Source: Macrostomum lignano
Lineage: Eukaryota
Assembly: GCA_002269645.1 (NCBI GenBank)
Contig: NIVC01002315.1
Coordinates: forward strand, 62,001 to 126,000
Length of the DNA stretch: 64,000 bases
Direction of reading: 5' to 3'
The number at the start of each line of letters is the position of its first letter. Within the stretch, counting starts at the first letter, position 1. A program made the position numbers and the translations under genes. Below, piece after piece: positions 48,241 to 60,242 of this stretch. Below the pieces are notes generated by a model, which saw only the letters and a program-made list of their open reading frames with translations, searched no databases and was not told the DNA's origin.

Positions 48241-48861
48241 ATAATACAAACAAGGACTACTTAACTGGAAGGATGGGAAACTGCGTCTCTTAGAAAATGT
48301 TAAGGAGGCTCGTTTTTGCCGAAAAATACACTACGGAGATAGGAACTTTTATTTTTTTTTAGCACAAGAATTGTTGTTTATCTTTATAGCTCTCTAATAG
48401 CTCTAAAGCTATTTGTTCTGCGTAAATTCCCTGTACCTAAAAGTCATGAAAATGCATGGCACAGCTCGACTCTGGTTTTATTAATCTATTTGATCATCTC
48501 TGTTACACATACTGTTACACAGTCAGCCAAGAATGATAAAAAAATCCATAAAACTAATAAGACGAGCCGTGCCATTTTACTGGTTTTTAAGCACTGGACA
48601 TTTACGAATGTACGTAGAATAAAAATTAATATGGAATCTAATTTTCTGAACAAAAAGCTTTATGAATATCAATAGAGCTATAAGAAAGGCACAACATAAC
48701 ATTAGATGAACATTGGGTCCGCCTCCTATCGAAAGCAATAACAATTCTTGTGCTGAAAAAAATGAAAACTTTCAAAAAAAGTTGCTCAAATTCAGCAGAG
48801 CATTGAAGCTAAGCAATTGCTACTTGTTAAGACTTAAACAACCTGGAAAGTAGGCTTTGGG

Positions 48862-49153
48862 CAGGGGTTGGCAAACTTTTTTACCTCAAAGGCCAGATAG
48901 GGAATTCAGCTCTTGTCTGCGGGCCAATGAGAGTGACAAGGAAAGATAAAAGAGGAGAGAAAAGGGGAGAGGGAAGAGGAAAAGAGTTAGAGAAGACGGG
49001 AGAAGGGAGAGAAGAGAGAAGAGACAGAGCTGAGCAGAGTCACAAACCTTGAGCGGGCCGGATTGCTATTGTGAAGTTTCAAAGGACCTGAGGGCCGGAT
49101 AGAGAGGCTTCGAGGGCGCGTATGGCCCGCGGACCGGAGTTTGCCGATCCCTG
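48862..49153. mobile_element. Non-autonomous hAT-type MITE, copy 1 (292 bp)
   Basis: TIRs CAGGGGTTGGCAAACT and AGTTTGCCGATCCCTG, with a perfect 8-bp target-site duplication GCTTTGGG. Confidence 0.9.
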
Positions 49154-49267
49154 GCTTTGGGGATCCTGCAGAAACCCTTGAGTCAATAATCTTAGAGGAA
49201 AGGGGACAGCTAACCCTGCCCCCTGTTTCACCTGATTCAAACTATGACTCAAAAAACATTTATGCAG

Positions 49268-49423
49268 CTTCTTCTCTGCATGCCGCTCATTCTACCGCCG
49301 CCGCCGCCGCCTCCGATGCCATTTCAACGCCTGACGCTGCGCCTTCGCTGCTGCCAGCACAGCCGGCCGGCGCCCTGACGTCAAATCTGTCAACCTCGTC
49401 GTTCCTTAGCGTGAACTCGTCTG
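49268..49423 (+). CDS. ZFAND5/6: A20/AN1 zinc-finger protein exon 2 (Ala/Ser-rich linker)
   Basis: Acceptor ATTTATGCAG and donor G|GTAAGC; phase 1/1 keeps the frame. Confidence 0.75.
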
Positions 49424-49539
49424 GTAAGCTGAATGCTTTTAATTGTGAGTTTAATTGCTTCGTTATAGACTCCGGATGCTGGAGTAGTTTTCTGGGAATG
49501 CGAAAATTTCATTTCATTTCTGAACCACCAGTTACTAGG

Positions 49540-50742
49540 CAGGGGTCGGCATCGGCAAGCTTATTTACCTTAAGGACAAGATACATAATTCAGATCATGG
49601 TCGCGGGCCAGTTGAGAGCGGAAAAAATAGATGAGATGGGAGATAAAAATAGGAGAGGAGGGAGATAGGAGGAGAGGAAGATAGGAGGAGAGGAGGGAGA
49701 TAGGAGGGGAGGAAGATAGGAGGAGAGGAGGGAGATAGGAGGGGAGGGAGATAGGAGGAGAGGAAGATAGGAGGAGAGGAGGGAGATAGGAGAGGAAGAT
49801 AGGAGGAGAGGAGGGAGATAGGAGGAGAGGAAGATAGGAGGAGAGGAGGGAGATAGGAGGAGAGGAGGGAGATAGGAGGGGAGGGAGATAGGAGGAGAGG
49901 AGGGAGATAGGAGGGGAGGGAGATAGGAGGAGAGGAGGGAGATAGGAGGAGAGGAGGGAGATAGGAGGAGAGGAAGATAGGAGGAGAGGAGGGAGATAGG
50001 AGAGGAAGATAGGAGGAGAGGAGGGAGATAGGAGGAGAGGAAGATAGGAGGACAGGTGGGAGATAGGAGGAGAGGAGGGAGATAGGAGGAGAGGAGGGAG
50101 ATAGGAGGAGAGGAGGGAGATAGGAGGAGAGGAGGGAGATAGGAGAGGAAGATAGGAGGAGAGGAGGGAGATAGGAGGAGAGGAAGATAGGAGGAGAGGA
50201 GGGAGATAGGAGGAGAGGAAGATAGGAGAGAGGAGGGAGATAGGAGGAGAGAGGAGGGAGATAGGAGGAGAGGAAGATAGGAGGACAGGAGGGAGATAGG
50301 AGGAGAGGAGGGAGATAGGAGGAGAGGAAGATAGGAGAGAGGAGGGAGATAGGAGGAGAGGAAGATAGGAGGACAGGAGGGAGATAGGAGGAGAGGAGGG
50401 AGATAGGAGGAGAGGAAGATAGGAGAGGAGGGAGATAGAAGGAGAGGAGGGAGATAGAAGGAGAGGAGGGAGATAGGAGGGAGATAGGAGAAGAGGAGGG
50501 AGATAGGAGGAGAGTAGGGAGATAGGATGAGAGGAGGGAGAGAGGATAAAGAGAGGGGAGAGAAGAGAAAGAAGAGGGGAGAGACAAGAGAAAGAAAAGG
50601 GGAGAGGAGAGAGGAGAGAAAACAGCTGAGAAGAGAGACAAACCTTGAGCGGGCCGGATTGCTATTTTGAAGTTTCAAAAGACCCGGATGAAGTGGCTTT
50701 ACGGGTCGCATGTGCACCGCAGACTGGAGTTCACGGCCCCTA
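49540..50742. mobile_element. hAT-type MITE, copy 2, with an expanded GA-rich internal minisatellite (about 0.9 kb)
   Basis: Left end CAGGGGTCGGCA, degraded right end GGAGTTCACGGCCCCTA. Shares GCGGGCCA and ACAAACCTTGAGCGGGCCGGATTGCTATT with copy 1. Internal GGAGATAGGAGGAGAGGA-type array at about 49640-50560. Confidence 0.75.
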
Positions 50743-50961
50743 AAATAGGGGTTTACTAAATAAGCTAATCTGTCAGTTAACGATACTACCTTCGTTTAGG
50801 CGTCTGTTAAGAGTTTTTTTAGTTTTGATTTGAGATCTACAAAAACTTTATGTTCTTTTTAATTGGCTCCCAGATTCTGTCTATGGCGAAAACCATAGCG
50901 TGAAAGAAATTATTACACTGCATCTGTTGCATCATGCGCGCGTGCTCAATTTCTTTTGCAG

Positions 50962-51087
50962 AGGCCAGCGCGGCTGAATCGTCCGATTCTCAGCAGCCAC
51001 AATCGGCTGCCGGCTCTTCGTCAACTACTAGCAGTAGTAAGCGTAGAAATCGATGCGAAATTTGTAAAAAGAAGGTTGGACTAACCG
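50962..51087 (+). CDS. ZFAND5/6: A20/AN1 zinc-finger protein exon 3 (start of the AN1 finger)
   Basis: Acceptor TTCTTTTGCAG; KRRNRCEICKKKVGLTG; donor G|GTAAGC. Confidence 0.9.
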
Positions 51088-52005
51088 GTAAGCTATTTAT
51101 ATATACTACTGCTCTTAAATAGTTTTCTATACGAACAGTTCATTAAGCAACTAGTTAGTCAGCTTGCTATTTAATTTATTCATTAGACAAATATTTCATC
51201 ACACAATGGTTTAATTAGGGGAAATTAATTCATTAGGCAAATAGTTTATTAGCTAATAGTTAATTAACAAAATTTAACTGGACAATTAGTTCATTAGAAA
51301 ATTATTGCATTTGACAATTGTTGCATTAGACAATTAGTTTTTTAGACAGCTATTTTATTCAATAATAAGTTCATTAGTTTATTAGCCCATTAGCATATTA
51401 GCCAGTCCTGTCATAAGAATTTGCTATCGCCTAGCATTAGCCAATTAGATAGAATTGTGAAGGAAAGAACCTTAGGCCTGTTCACAGATACTAGAATAAC
51501 TAGATGGGCCACTCAGGCATAAATACCCAGTAAAACAGCTTTCTACTTTCAGTTCAGTAGCAAAGAAGAATACATAAGCTATTTTATAAAAATAAAGCCA
51601 GCTGAAACGATATTGATAAGTCAAGCAGCCCGAGCTTGCAGGCGTAAACAACTTGCTAATTGGTTCAGCCATAATGTATATTAGCCAGTCCACTGAAATG
51701 TACATGGCAGTTTTCGGCTGGAATTTTCGAGTAATTGGCAATAAAAATTGGGGTGGGGCGGTGGGGGGGGTAGGGTGGAAAGGCGCGATTGGAGGGTTTA
51801 AGCTGGGGGTAAGAGCCAATAAATGAGCCTTGGCTTTAAAAATACATTAAAATGCTTCGGTTTAACTTGCTACTAAGCTGAAAGTAGCTTACACGCAAAT
51901 GTGCTGAGTGGCCCAGCTAGTTATTCTAGTATCTGTGGGCCTGTTGAACATTCGGCTCGAATCTTCCATACGCTTTACTGTCTGTATTATAAAAAAACAC
52001 TCCAG

Positions 52006-52154
52006 GCTTCGAGTGCCGCTGCGGCGGAGTCTACTGCTCAGTGCACAGATACAGCGACAAGCACGACTGTCAATTTGATTATCAGGGCGTGGGCCAAGCT
52101 GAGATTCGCAAGGCCAATCCCGTTGTGGTTAAAAGCAAAGTTGACAAGCTCTGA
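52006..52154 (+). CDS. ZFAND5/6: A20/AN1 zinc-finger protein exon 4 (end of the AN1 finger; not in the ORF track in this frame)
   Basis: Acceptor CTCCAG; [26 protein letters not shown]...[16 protein letters not shown]. The joined CDS is 600 nt (199 aa). Confidence 0.92.
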
Positions 52155-52303
52155 GGGCTTGGCTGAGAGAACTTTCGTCTATTATATCAGCCTCTGTTAC
52201 TAAACTGTTGTTTTTTATTACTATTATTATTATTGCTCGCGACGTCGTGAACGACTGCTCTAGCTTTTTATTGATTGTTCGATCTTTTTTTAGCGATTAA
52301 AGG

Positions 52304-52304
<1 letters not shown>

Positions 52305-52335
<31 letters not shown>

Positions 52336-52425
52336 CCTGTCTGTCTGTCTGTCTGTCTGTCTGCCTGTCTGTCTGTCTGCCTGTCTGTCTGTCTGTCTGC
52401 CTGTCTGTCTGTCTGTCTGTTTGCC

Positions 52426-52458
<33 letters not shown>

Positions 52459-52773
52459 GCCTGTCTGTCTGCCTGTCTGCCTGTCTGTCTGTCTGCCTGT
52501 CTGTCTGCCTGTCTGCCTGTCTGTCTGTCTGTCTGCCTGTCTGTCTGCCTGTCTGTCTGTCTGTCTGCCTGTCTGTATGTCTGTATGTCTGTCTGTCTGT
52601 CTGTCTGCCTGCCTGCCTGCCTGCCTGTCTGCCTGTCTGCCTGTCTGTCTGCCTGCCTGTCTGTCTGCCTGTCTGTCTGTCTGTCTGCCTGTCTGTATGT
52701 CTGCCTGTCTGCCTGTCTGTCTGCCTGCCTGTCTGTCTGCCTGTCTGTCTGTCTGTCTGTCTGTCTGTCTGCC

Positions 52774-52820
<47 letters not shown>

Positions 52821-52917
52821 ATGTCTGTATGTCTGTCTGTATGTCTGTCTGTCTGTCTCTCTGCCTGTCTGCCTGTCTGTCTGTCTGTCTGCCTGTCTGT
52901 CTGTCTGTCTGTTTTCC

Positions 52918-52990
<73 letters not shown>

Positions 52991-53025
52991 GTTTGCCTGT
53001 CTGTCTGTCTGTTTGCCTGTTTGCC

Positions 53026-53070
<45 letters not shown>

Positions 53071-53110
53071 GCCTGTCTGCCTGTCTGTCTGTCTGTCTGT
53101 CCGTCTGTAT
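52305..53110. repeat. Imperfect (TCTG)n microsatellite
   Basis: Read directly from the sequence. Confidence 0.95.
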
Positions 53111-53764
53111 GTCTAGGGCTTACTAGGGCTGAGAAGTCTTACCTGTCACCTGTTATAGAATCGTGTCTCCGCAGCAGTCGCTCCAGTTTGCATGAATAAT
53201 TAGATGACTAGATAATTGCTAACTAATAAATTATACGTGACAATTATTTTAATTATTTGCCAATAGCTAGAGGGGTTTTCTGTCCTTAGCGTAGCGTTTC
53301 AATTTACAGGTAGGTAGTAACGCTTAAGCTAGACTGAGCAGACATTTCTAGATAACATATCGCGCCCCGACACTACCTGTTTTGCTTTCCTTTTTTGATT
53401 ACTTGTTACTGCACCCCTACCTTCCTCTGGGCGTTATTAATCGTCCTTATACGTGTACTATATTGTTCAATAATTGTTAATTATCATTTGTGTAGCCTGG
53501 TAGACGGCAAACTTAATGTTGCTTGAACGCTTATAGCCTCGCATTATCAACCCTAGCTGGCTTCCTGTAATTCTTCTGTATTTATTTTCTTCTTGGCACT
53601 TTTCTCAAGCTCTAGTAGCTTAGCTGTTAATGAGAGAATAGGGCATGGGAGGGAGAGATACTGTACATACTTTCGGATTTAATTGGTGTTGTCGTCTCAT
53701 TATTTAATTGTTAATTTCATTTAATTACCATCCCCTGTAATTATCCTGCTATTAGTGTGTATGC

Positions 53765-54415
53765 CTCCCATATCTTCATGCTGAGCTACAGCCAGCCTCC
53801 CCGATCCTCAGGCTGAGTAGCCAGCCTCCCATATCTTCATGCTGAGCTACAGCCAGCCTCCCCGATCCTCAGGCTGAGTAGCCAGCCTCCCCGATCCTCA
53901 GGCTGAGTAGCCAGCCTCCCCGATCCTCAGGCTGAGTAGCCAGCCTCCCCGATCCTCAGGCTGAGTAGCCAGCCTCCCAGATACTCAGGCTGAGTAGCCA
54001 GCCTCCCAGATCCTCAGGCTGAGTAGCCAGCCTCCCAGATCCTCAGGCTGAGTAGCCAGCCTCCCCGATCCTCAGGCTGAGTAGCCAGCCTCCCAGATCC
54101 TCAGGCTGAGTAGCCAGCCTCCCCGATCCTCAGGCTGAGTAGCCAGCCTCCCAGATACTCAGGCTGAGTAGCCAGCCTCCCAGATCCTCAGGCTGAGTAG
54201 CCAGCCCCCCAGATCCTCAGGCTGAGTAGCCAGCCTCCCAGATCCTCAGGCTGAGTAGCCAGCCCCCCAGATCCTCAGGCTGAGTAGCCAGCCTCCCAGA
54301 TCCTCAGGCTGAGTAGCCAGCCCCCCAGATCCTCAGGCTGAGTAGCCAGCCTCCCAGATCCTCAGGCTGAGCCACAATCTCAGATTCTCAGACTGAGCCA
54401 CAATCTCAGATCCTC
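53765..54415. repeat. Minisatellite, 29-bp unit CCTCAGGCTGAGTAGCCAGCCTCCCAGAT
   Basis: Read directly from the sequence. Confidence 0.95.
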
Positions 54416-55179
54416 TAAGTCGTCAGCCTGATATGACGCCAGTAAGCATACAATTTAATGTATTTCTCTTTTTCCACTGGATTCCCTAATAAAAGGCTAA
54501 GAGCGATGGGCTAAGTGCTTTGCTAACTGGCTAGATAAAAGCATTGTAATATATTGCTTTATTTAGCTTGCACAGACTAGATTTCCTATCACCACTCAGC
54601 GGCACTAATACTGCAGGATTGCGCTGGCATAGCAGCAGCCCCTGTTGCGTCAATAATTTTATTGATTAATCCCGTATCCCCTGTTGTCAATTCCAAATTC
54701 CTATAATTGCTCGCTGGTCCGTTAATCCTTTGTTTTTTTTCACTCTCATTGGAAGCGAATCAGGGTCTCGTGTATTTTTAGCTTAGCCAAGCAGCCTCGC
54801 ATCTTTCATTTGTTTTATTTCTTGATTGTATAATTTTTTGCGCACTTATTTAACTAATTACTTTGCTGTGTGTGTTGCCTATCGCGCTCTTGTTAATCGC
54901 CAACCTTCTATATATTGTTGGCCTATTGTATTCAACTCTAGAAACCTCTGCTAATATAGGCCTGCTTGATGTCCAGTTTACCGTTTTTTGTTATTCCTTT
55001 AATTTATACTGTTCCTTAGACCTGCGCACTACTAATAAACTAATTGCGATGAGCTGACCTTTTTATCTTAATTAATTTTACTGCGTGGCGACAACTGTAA
55101 ACAGGAATTTCTGCGATGGCTTTTCTCTTTTATAAGATAACACCTGGTTTTGATGGATTTTGCCATCTCCATCTTGCAC

Positions 55180-58100
55180 CCTGTGTCCACCTTCCGCTTC
55201 TCTGTGTCCACCTTCCGCTTCTGTGTGTCCACCTTCCGCTTCTGTGTGTCCACCTTCCGCTTCTCTGTGTCCACCTTCCGCTTCTCTGTGTCCATCTTCC
55301 GCTTGTTTCCACCTCCCGCTTCTGTGTGTTCACCTTCCGCTTGTGTCCACCTCCCGCTTCTGTGTGTTCACCTACCACTTGTGTCCACCTTCTGCTTCTG
55401 TGTCCACCTTCCGCTTGTGTCCACCTTCCGCTTCTCTGTGTTTACCTTCCGCTTGTGTCCACCTTCCGCTTCTCTGTGTTTACCTTCCGCTTGTCTTCAC
55501 CTTCCGCTTTGTCCACCTTCCGCTTTTGTCCACCTTCCGCTTATGTCCACCTTCCGCTTCTCTGTGTCCACCTTCCGCTTCTCTGTGTCCACCTTCCGCT
55601 TGTGTCCACCTTCCGCTTGTGTCCACCTTCTGCTTGTGTCCACCTCCCGCTTCTCTGTGTCCACCTTCCGCTTCTGTCCACCTTCCGCTTATGTCCACCT
55701 TCCGCTTGTGTCCACCTTCCGCTTATGTCCACCTTCCGCTTGTTTCCACCTCCCGCTTCTGTGTGTTCACCTACCGCTTGCGTCCACCTTCCGCTTGTGT
55801 CCACCTTCCGCTTGTGTCCACCTTCCGCTTCTCTGTGTTTACCTTCCTCTTGTGTTCACCTTCCGCTTGTGTCCACCTTCCGCTTGTGTCCACCTTCCGC
55901 TTCTCTGTGTTTACCTTCCGCTTGTGTTCACCTTCCGCTTGTGTTTACCTTCCGCTTGTGTCCACCTTCCTCTTGTGTCCACCTTCCGCTTATGTCCACC
56001 TTCCGCTTCTGTCCACCTTCCGCTTGTGTCCACCTTCCGCTTCTCTGTGTTTACCTTCCTCTTGTGTTCACCTTCCGCTTGTGTCCACCTTCCGCTTCTC
56101 TGTGTTTACCTTCCGCTTGTGTTCACCTTCCGCTTGTGTTTACCTTCCGCTTGTGTCCACCTTCCTCTTGTGTCCACCTTCCGCTTATGTCCACCTTCCG
56201 CTTCTGTCCACCTTCCGCTTGTGTCCACCTTCCGCTTCTCTGTGTTTACCTTCCGCTTTGTCCACCTTCCGCTTATGTCCACCTTCCGCTTCTGTCCACC
56301 TTCCGCTTGTGTCCACCTTCCGCTTCTGTCCACCTTCCGCTTGTGTCCACCTTCCGCTTGTGTCCACCTTCCGCTTGTGTCCACCTCCCGCTTCTCTGTG
56401 TCCACCTTCCGCTTCTGTCCACCTTCCGCTTGTGTCCACCTTCCGCTTCTGTCCACCTTCCGCTTCTCTGTGTTTACCTTCCGCTTGTGTTCACCTTCCG
56501 CTTCTGTCCACCTTCCGCTTGTGTCCACCTTCCGCTTCTCTGTGTTTACCTTCCGCTTGTGTTCACCTTCCGCTTCTGTCCACCTTCCGCTTGTGTCCAC
56601 CTTCCTCTTGTGTCCACCTTCCGCTTATGTCCACCTTCCGCTTCTGTCCACCTTCCGCTTGTGTCCACCTTCCGCTTCTCTGTGTTTACCTTCCGCTTTG
56701 TCCACCTTCCGCTTGTGTCCACCTTCCGCTTGTGTCCACCTCCCGCTTCTCTGTGTCCACCTTCCGCTTCTGTCCACCTTCCGCTTCTGTCCACCTTCCG
56801 CTTTTGTCCACCTTCCGCTTATGTCTACCTTCCTCTTGTGTCCACCTTCCTCTTGTGTCCACCTTCCTCTTGTGTCCACCTTCCGCTTGTGTCCACCTTC
56901 CGCTTGTGTCCACCTTCCGCTTCTCTGTGTTTACCTTCCGCTTGTGTTCACCTTCCGCTTGTGTTTACCTTCCTCTTGTGTTCACCTTCCGCTTGTGTCC
57001 ACCTTCCGCTTCTCTGTGTTTACCTTCCGCTTGTGTTCACCTTCCGCTTGTGTTTACCTTCCGCTTGTGTCCACCTTCCTCTTGTGTCCACCTTCCGCTT
57101 ATGTCCACCTTCCGCTTCTCTGTGTCCACCTTCCGCTTGTGTCCACCTTCCGCTTCTCTGTGTTTACCTTCCGCTTTGTCCACCTTCCGCTTTTGTCCAC
57201 CTTCCGCTTTTGTCCACCTTCCGCTTATGTCCACCTTCCGCTTCTGTCCACCTTCCGCTTGTGTCCACCTTCCGCTTCTGTCCACCTTCCGCTTGTGTCC
57301 ACCTTCCGCTTGTGTCCACCTTCCGCTTGTGTCCACCTCCCGCTTCTCTGTGTCCACCTTCCGCTTCTGTCCACCTTCCGCTTATGTCTACCTTCCGCTT
57401 GTGTCCACCTTCCGCTTCTCTGTGTCCACCTTCCGCTTCTGTCCACCTTCCGCTTCTGTCCACCTTCCGCTTCTGTCCACCTTCCGCTTATGTCTACCTT
57501 CCGCTGGTGTCCACCTTCCGCTTGTGTCCACCTCCCGCTTCTCTGTGTCCACCTTCCGCTTCTGTCCACCTTTCGCTTATGTCTACCTTCCACTTGTGTC
57601 CACCTTCCGCTTCTCTGTGTCCACCTTCCGCTTCTGTCCACCTTCCGCTTCTGTCCACCTTCCGCTTCTGTCCACCTTCCGCTTCTGTCCACCTTCCGCT
57701 TATGTCTACCTTCCGCTTGTTTCCACCTTCCTCTTGTGTCCACCTTCCTCTTGTGTCCACCTTCCTCTTGTGTCCACCTTCCTCTTGTGTCCACCTTCCG
57801 CTTCTCTGTGTTCACCTTCCGCTTGTGTCCACCTTCTGCTTATGTCCACCTTCCGCTTCTCTGTGTTTACCTTCCGCTTGTGTTCACCTTCCGCTTTGTC
57901 CACCTCCCGCTTCTGTGTCCACCTCCCGCTTCTGTGTCCACCTTCCGCTTCTGTGTCCACCTCCCGCTTCTGTTTCCACCTTCCGCTTCTGTGTCCACCT
58001 CCCGCTTCTGTGTCCACCTCCCGCTTCTGTGTCCACCTTCCGCTTCTGTGTCCACCTCCCGCTTCTGTGTCCACCTTCCGCTTCTGTGTCCACCTCCCGC

Positions 58101-58290
58101 TTCTGTGTCCACCTCCCGCTTCTGTGTCCACCTTCCGCTTCTGTGTCCACCTCCCGCTTCTGTGTCCACCTTCCGCTTCTGTGTCCACCTTCCGCTTCTG
58201 TGTCCACCTCCCGCTTCTGTGTCCACCTCCCGCTTCTGTGTCCACCTCCCGCTTCTGTGTCCACCTTCCGCTTCTGTGTCTACCTCCCGC
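55180..58290. repeat. Pyrimidine-rich minisatellite of about 3.1 kb, 17-21-bp units (TGTCCACCTTCCGCT core)
   Basis: Read directly; source of the three artefactual ORFs longer than 1000 aa. Confidence 0.95.
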
Positions 58291-59100
58291 TTCTGTGTAT
58301 CTACAGATTCTACATTTCGCTTGTGTCCATCCGCTTATCTGTGTCAACCTTCAAGCCCTAAAACATCCATTTGCCATCCGTGCAACCATACAGCATCGCA
58401 AATTTATCTCTGCAGTTTCATCAGTGATCTATATTTAAAAGGGCCGCTATTGGAGGCCTGTGGCTTGAAGTGCATTTTCCCATCTCTGAGTAATGGAATC
58501 CCTTGATAATCTGTTTTAAGTCGCAGTGGCCATCTGGCTGCATGGCCGGCTGGCCCAGTTGATAATGCAAATTATTGTTGTGCACTGTATATAGATAGCT
58601 GTCTCTGCAGGCCACAGCCACTCTGTTTTGTCTGGGTGTTCTGTGGCGAGGCGGACCAAGCATTGCTGCAGGCCTATTCGAAATCTGGGATTGAAGAGGA
58701 TAACTCTGTCTGTATCTCTCCGTCCCTCAGTTTGGTTGTCGGCGCCAATATAGAGAAATCCTTTTTTTCCCACGCAGCCAGCCAGCGATCTCCGTCCGCT
58801 GCGCCTATAGCCGGCTTGTATTGATTGATGAAAGTGCTGCGGGGCGACCGCACGCTTCGGCGAGTCCATGCGACAGTTGGAGAAAGAGGAGAGAGAGAGA
58901 GAGCGGCGCTATGACGCTGAATTGGCCAGTATTATTGCGTATAGTTTATATAAAATTATATACTGTTTTGAGGCCTTTATTTTTCTATTTCTAATTCAAA
59001 TACTCGTAGACTTGATAAAATATATCTAACTGGGCTATTGGCGCTATACTTACTTATTCTGCTAGGAGTGAATAGACTTGCACTTTTGCTTGATTTAGAT

Positions 59101-59284
59101 CAGGGTTCGGCAAAGTTAAACTTTTGCCTCGGGGGGCCAGATAGAGAATCTAGCGCGTATGACTGCGGGCCAGAGGAGAGGAGAGAGTAGATAAGAGAGC
59201 TGAGAAAAGACAAACCTTAGGGGGGCCGATAGAGAGGCTTCGCTGGCCGCATGCGACCCGCGGACCGGAGTTCGCTGACCCCTG
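59101..59284. mobile_element. hAT-type MITE, copy 3 (184 bp)
   Basis: Ends CAGGGTTCGGCAAAGTT and AGTTCGCTGACCCCTG. Target-site duplication ATTTAGAT / ATTAAGAT (7/8). Internal motifs are shared with copy 1. Confidence 0.85.
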
Positions 59285-60242
59285 ATTAAGATCAAGAAGA
59301 AAGAGGGAAGCGATTCATCTTAGCGATAATAATATCTCTTTGAGAGAGCTCCGGTTCTGCTGTCATCGCCATTGTCTTGCCAGCCTTGCAGTCAAAGAGC
59401 GCGATCGCATTGCAACGCAAATCGATAATCCGCGCCCAGGTAATTTCATCCCAGTCGGCTTGACGTGAAAAAAGGCGCTCGCAAGAAATTGTTTAGCATG
59501 CAGTCAGATCCGGGTTTTGAGTACTCGGATGCGTTGTCAGGACTTTCCAGACCAGGTCCGGCCCCTTGGGTCCCTTGAAACTTCACAACAGCAAACCGGC
59601 TCGCTTAAGGTTTGCGTCTCTTCAAGTCAAGGCCCTTGACGTGAACAAGTTAGCCGACCCCTGACCTAGACAACTCTTTTCTACTTCCTGAGTTCACGCC
59701 GCGGTTCGTCTCTGACCCCCCCCCCCCGATCCGTTGTCAGTCAATATGAGAATCGATTATGCGAACTGGCGTTGAATTTTTGGTCCGGAAATTTCAATTT
59801 CTATGCCGTAACTGAGAGCTTAGTTAGGGCAGGGGGGCACTGCTGGCTGAATAAAGAGAGCTTGGAGAGCTCAGACGGTGCTCCCAGACCCAATTTGTTC
59901 GCTCCGGCCTCCGGCCAATCAGAGCCAAAGAAATTCCTCAATTAGCTAGCTGAAGCAGAGAGCGGCCAACCAGTGGCCATTCCTGCATGGAAATATCCCA
60001 ACAGGACTGCAACGGATTCACTGGCCAGTATATAAGCATGTAAAATTATAGAGCCTAAAAGTTCTAGACAGTTTTAATCTGCAGAACCGATTCAAATTTA
60101 AAGCGTTGATTGCACTTTACACAGAATAGCGGCTGTCATGGATGATGCTGTGCATGACAATTCAACTAGCCTGTGAGTTTACTGCGCTGCTCAAAAATGC
60201 TTGCTTGATTTTGAGCTCCGTCACTATCAGTCCCAGCAGTGC

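Noticed and set aside
49590-58506. ORFs of 200-1118 aa (Ser/Pro/Leu-rich, VCLS, CPPSA)
   Set aside because: Stop-free because of repeat composition, and open in all frames.
59653-59663. Additional hAT-like right end GCCGACCCCTG
   Set aside because: No matching left end or target-site duplication was identified; at most a fragment.
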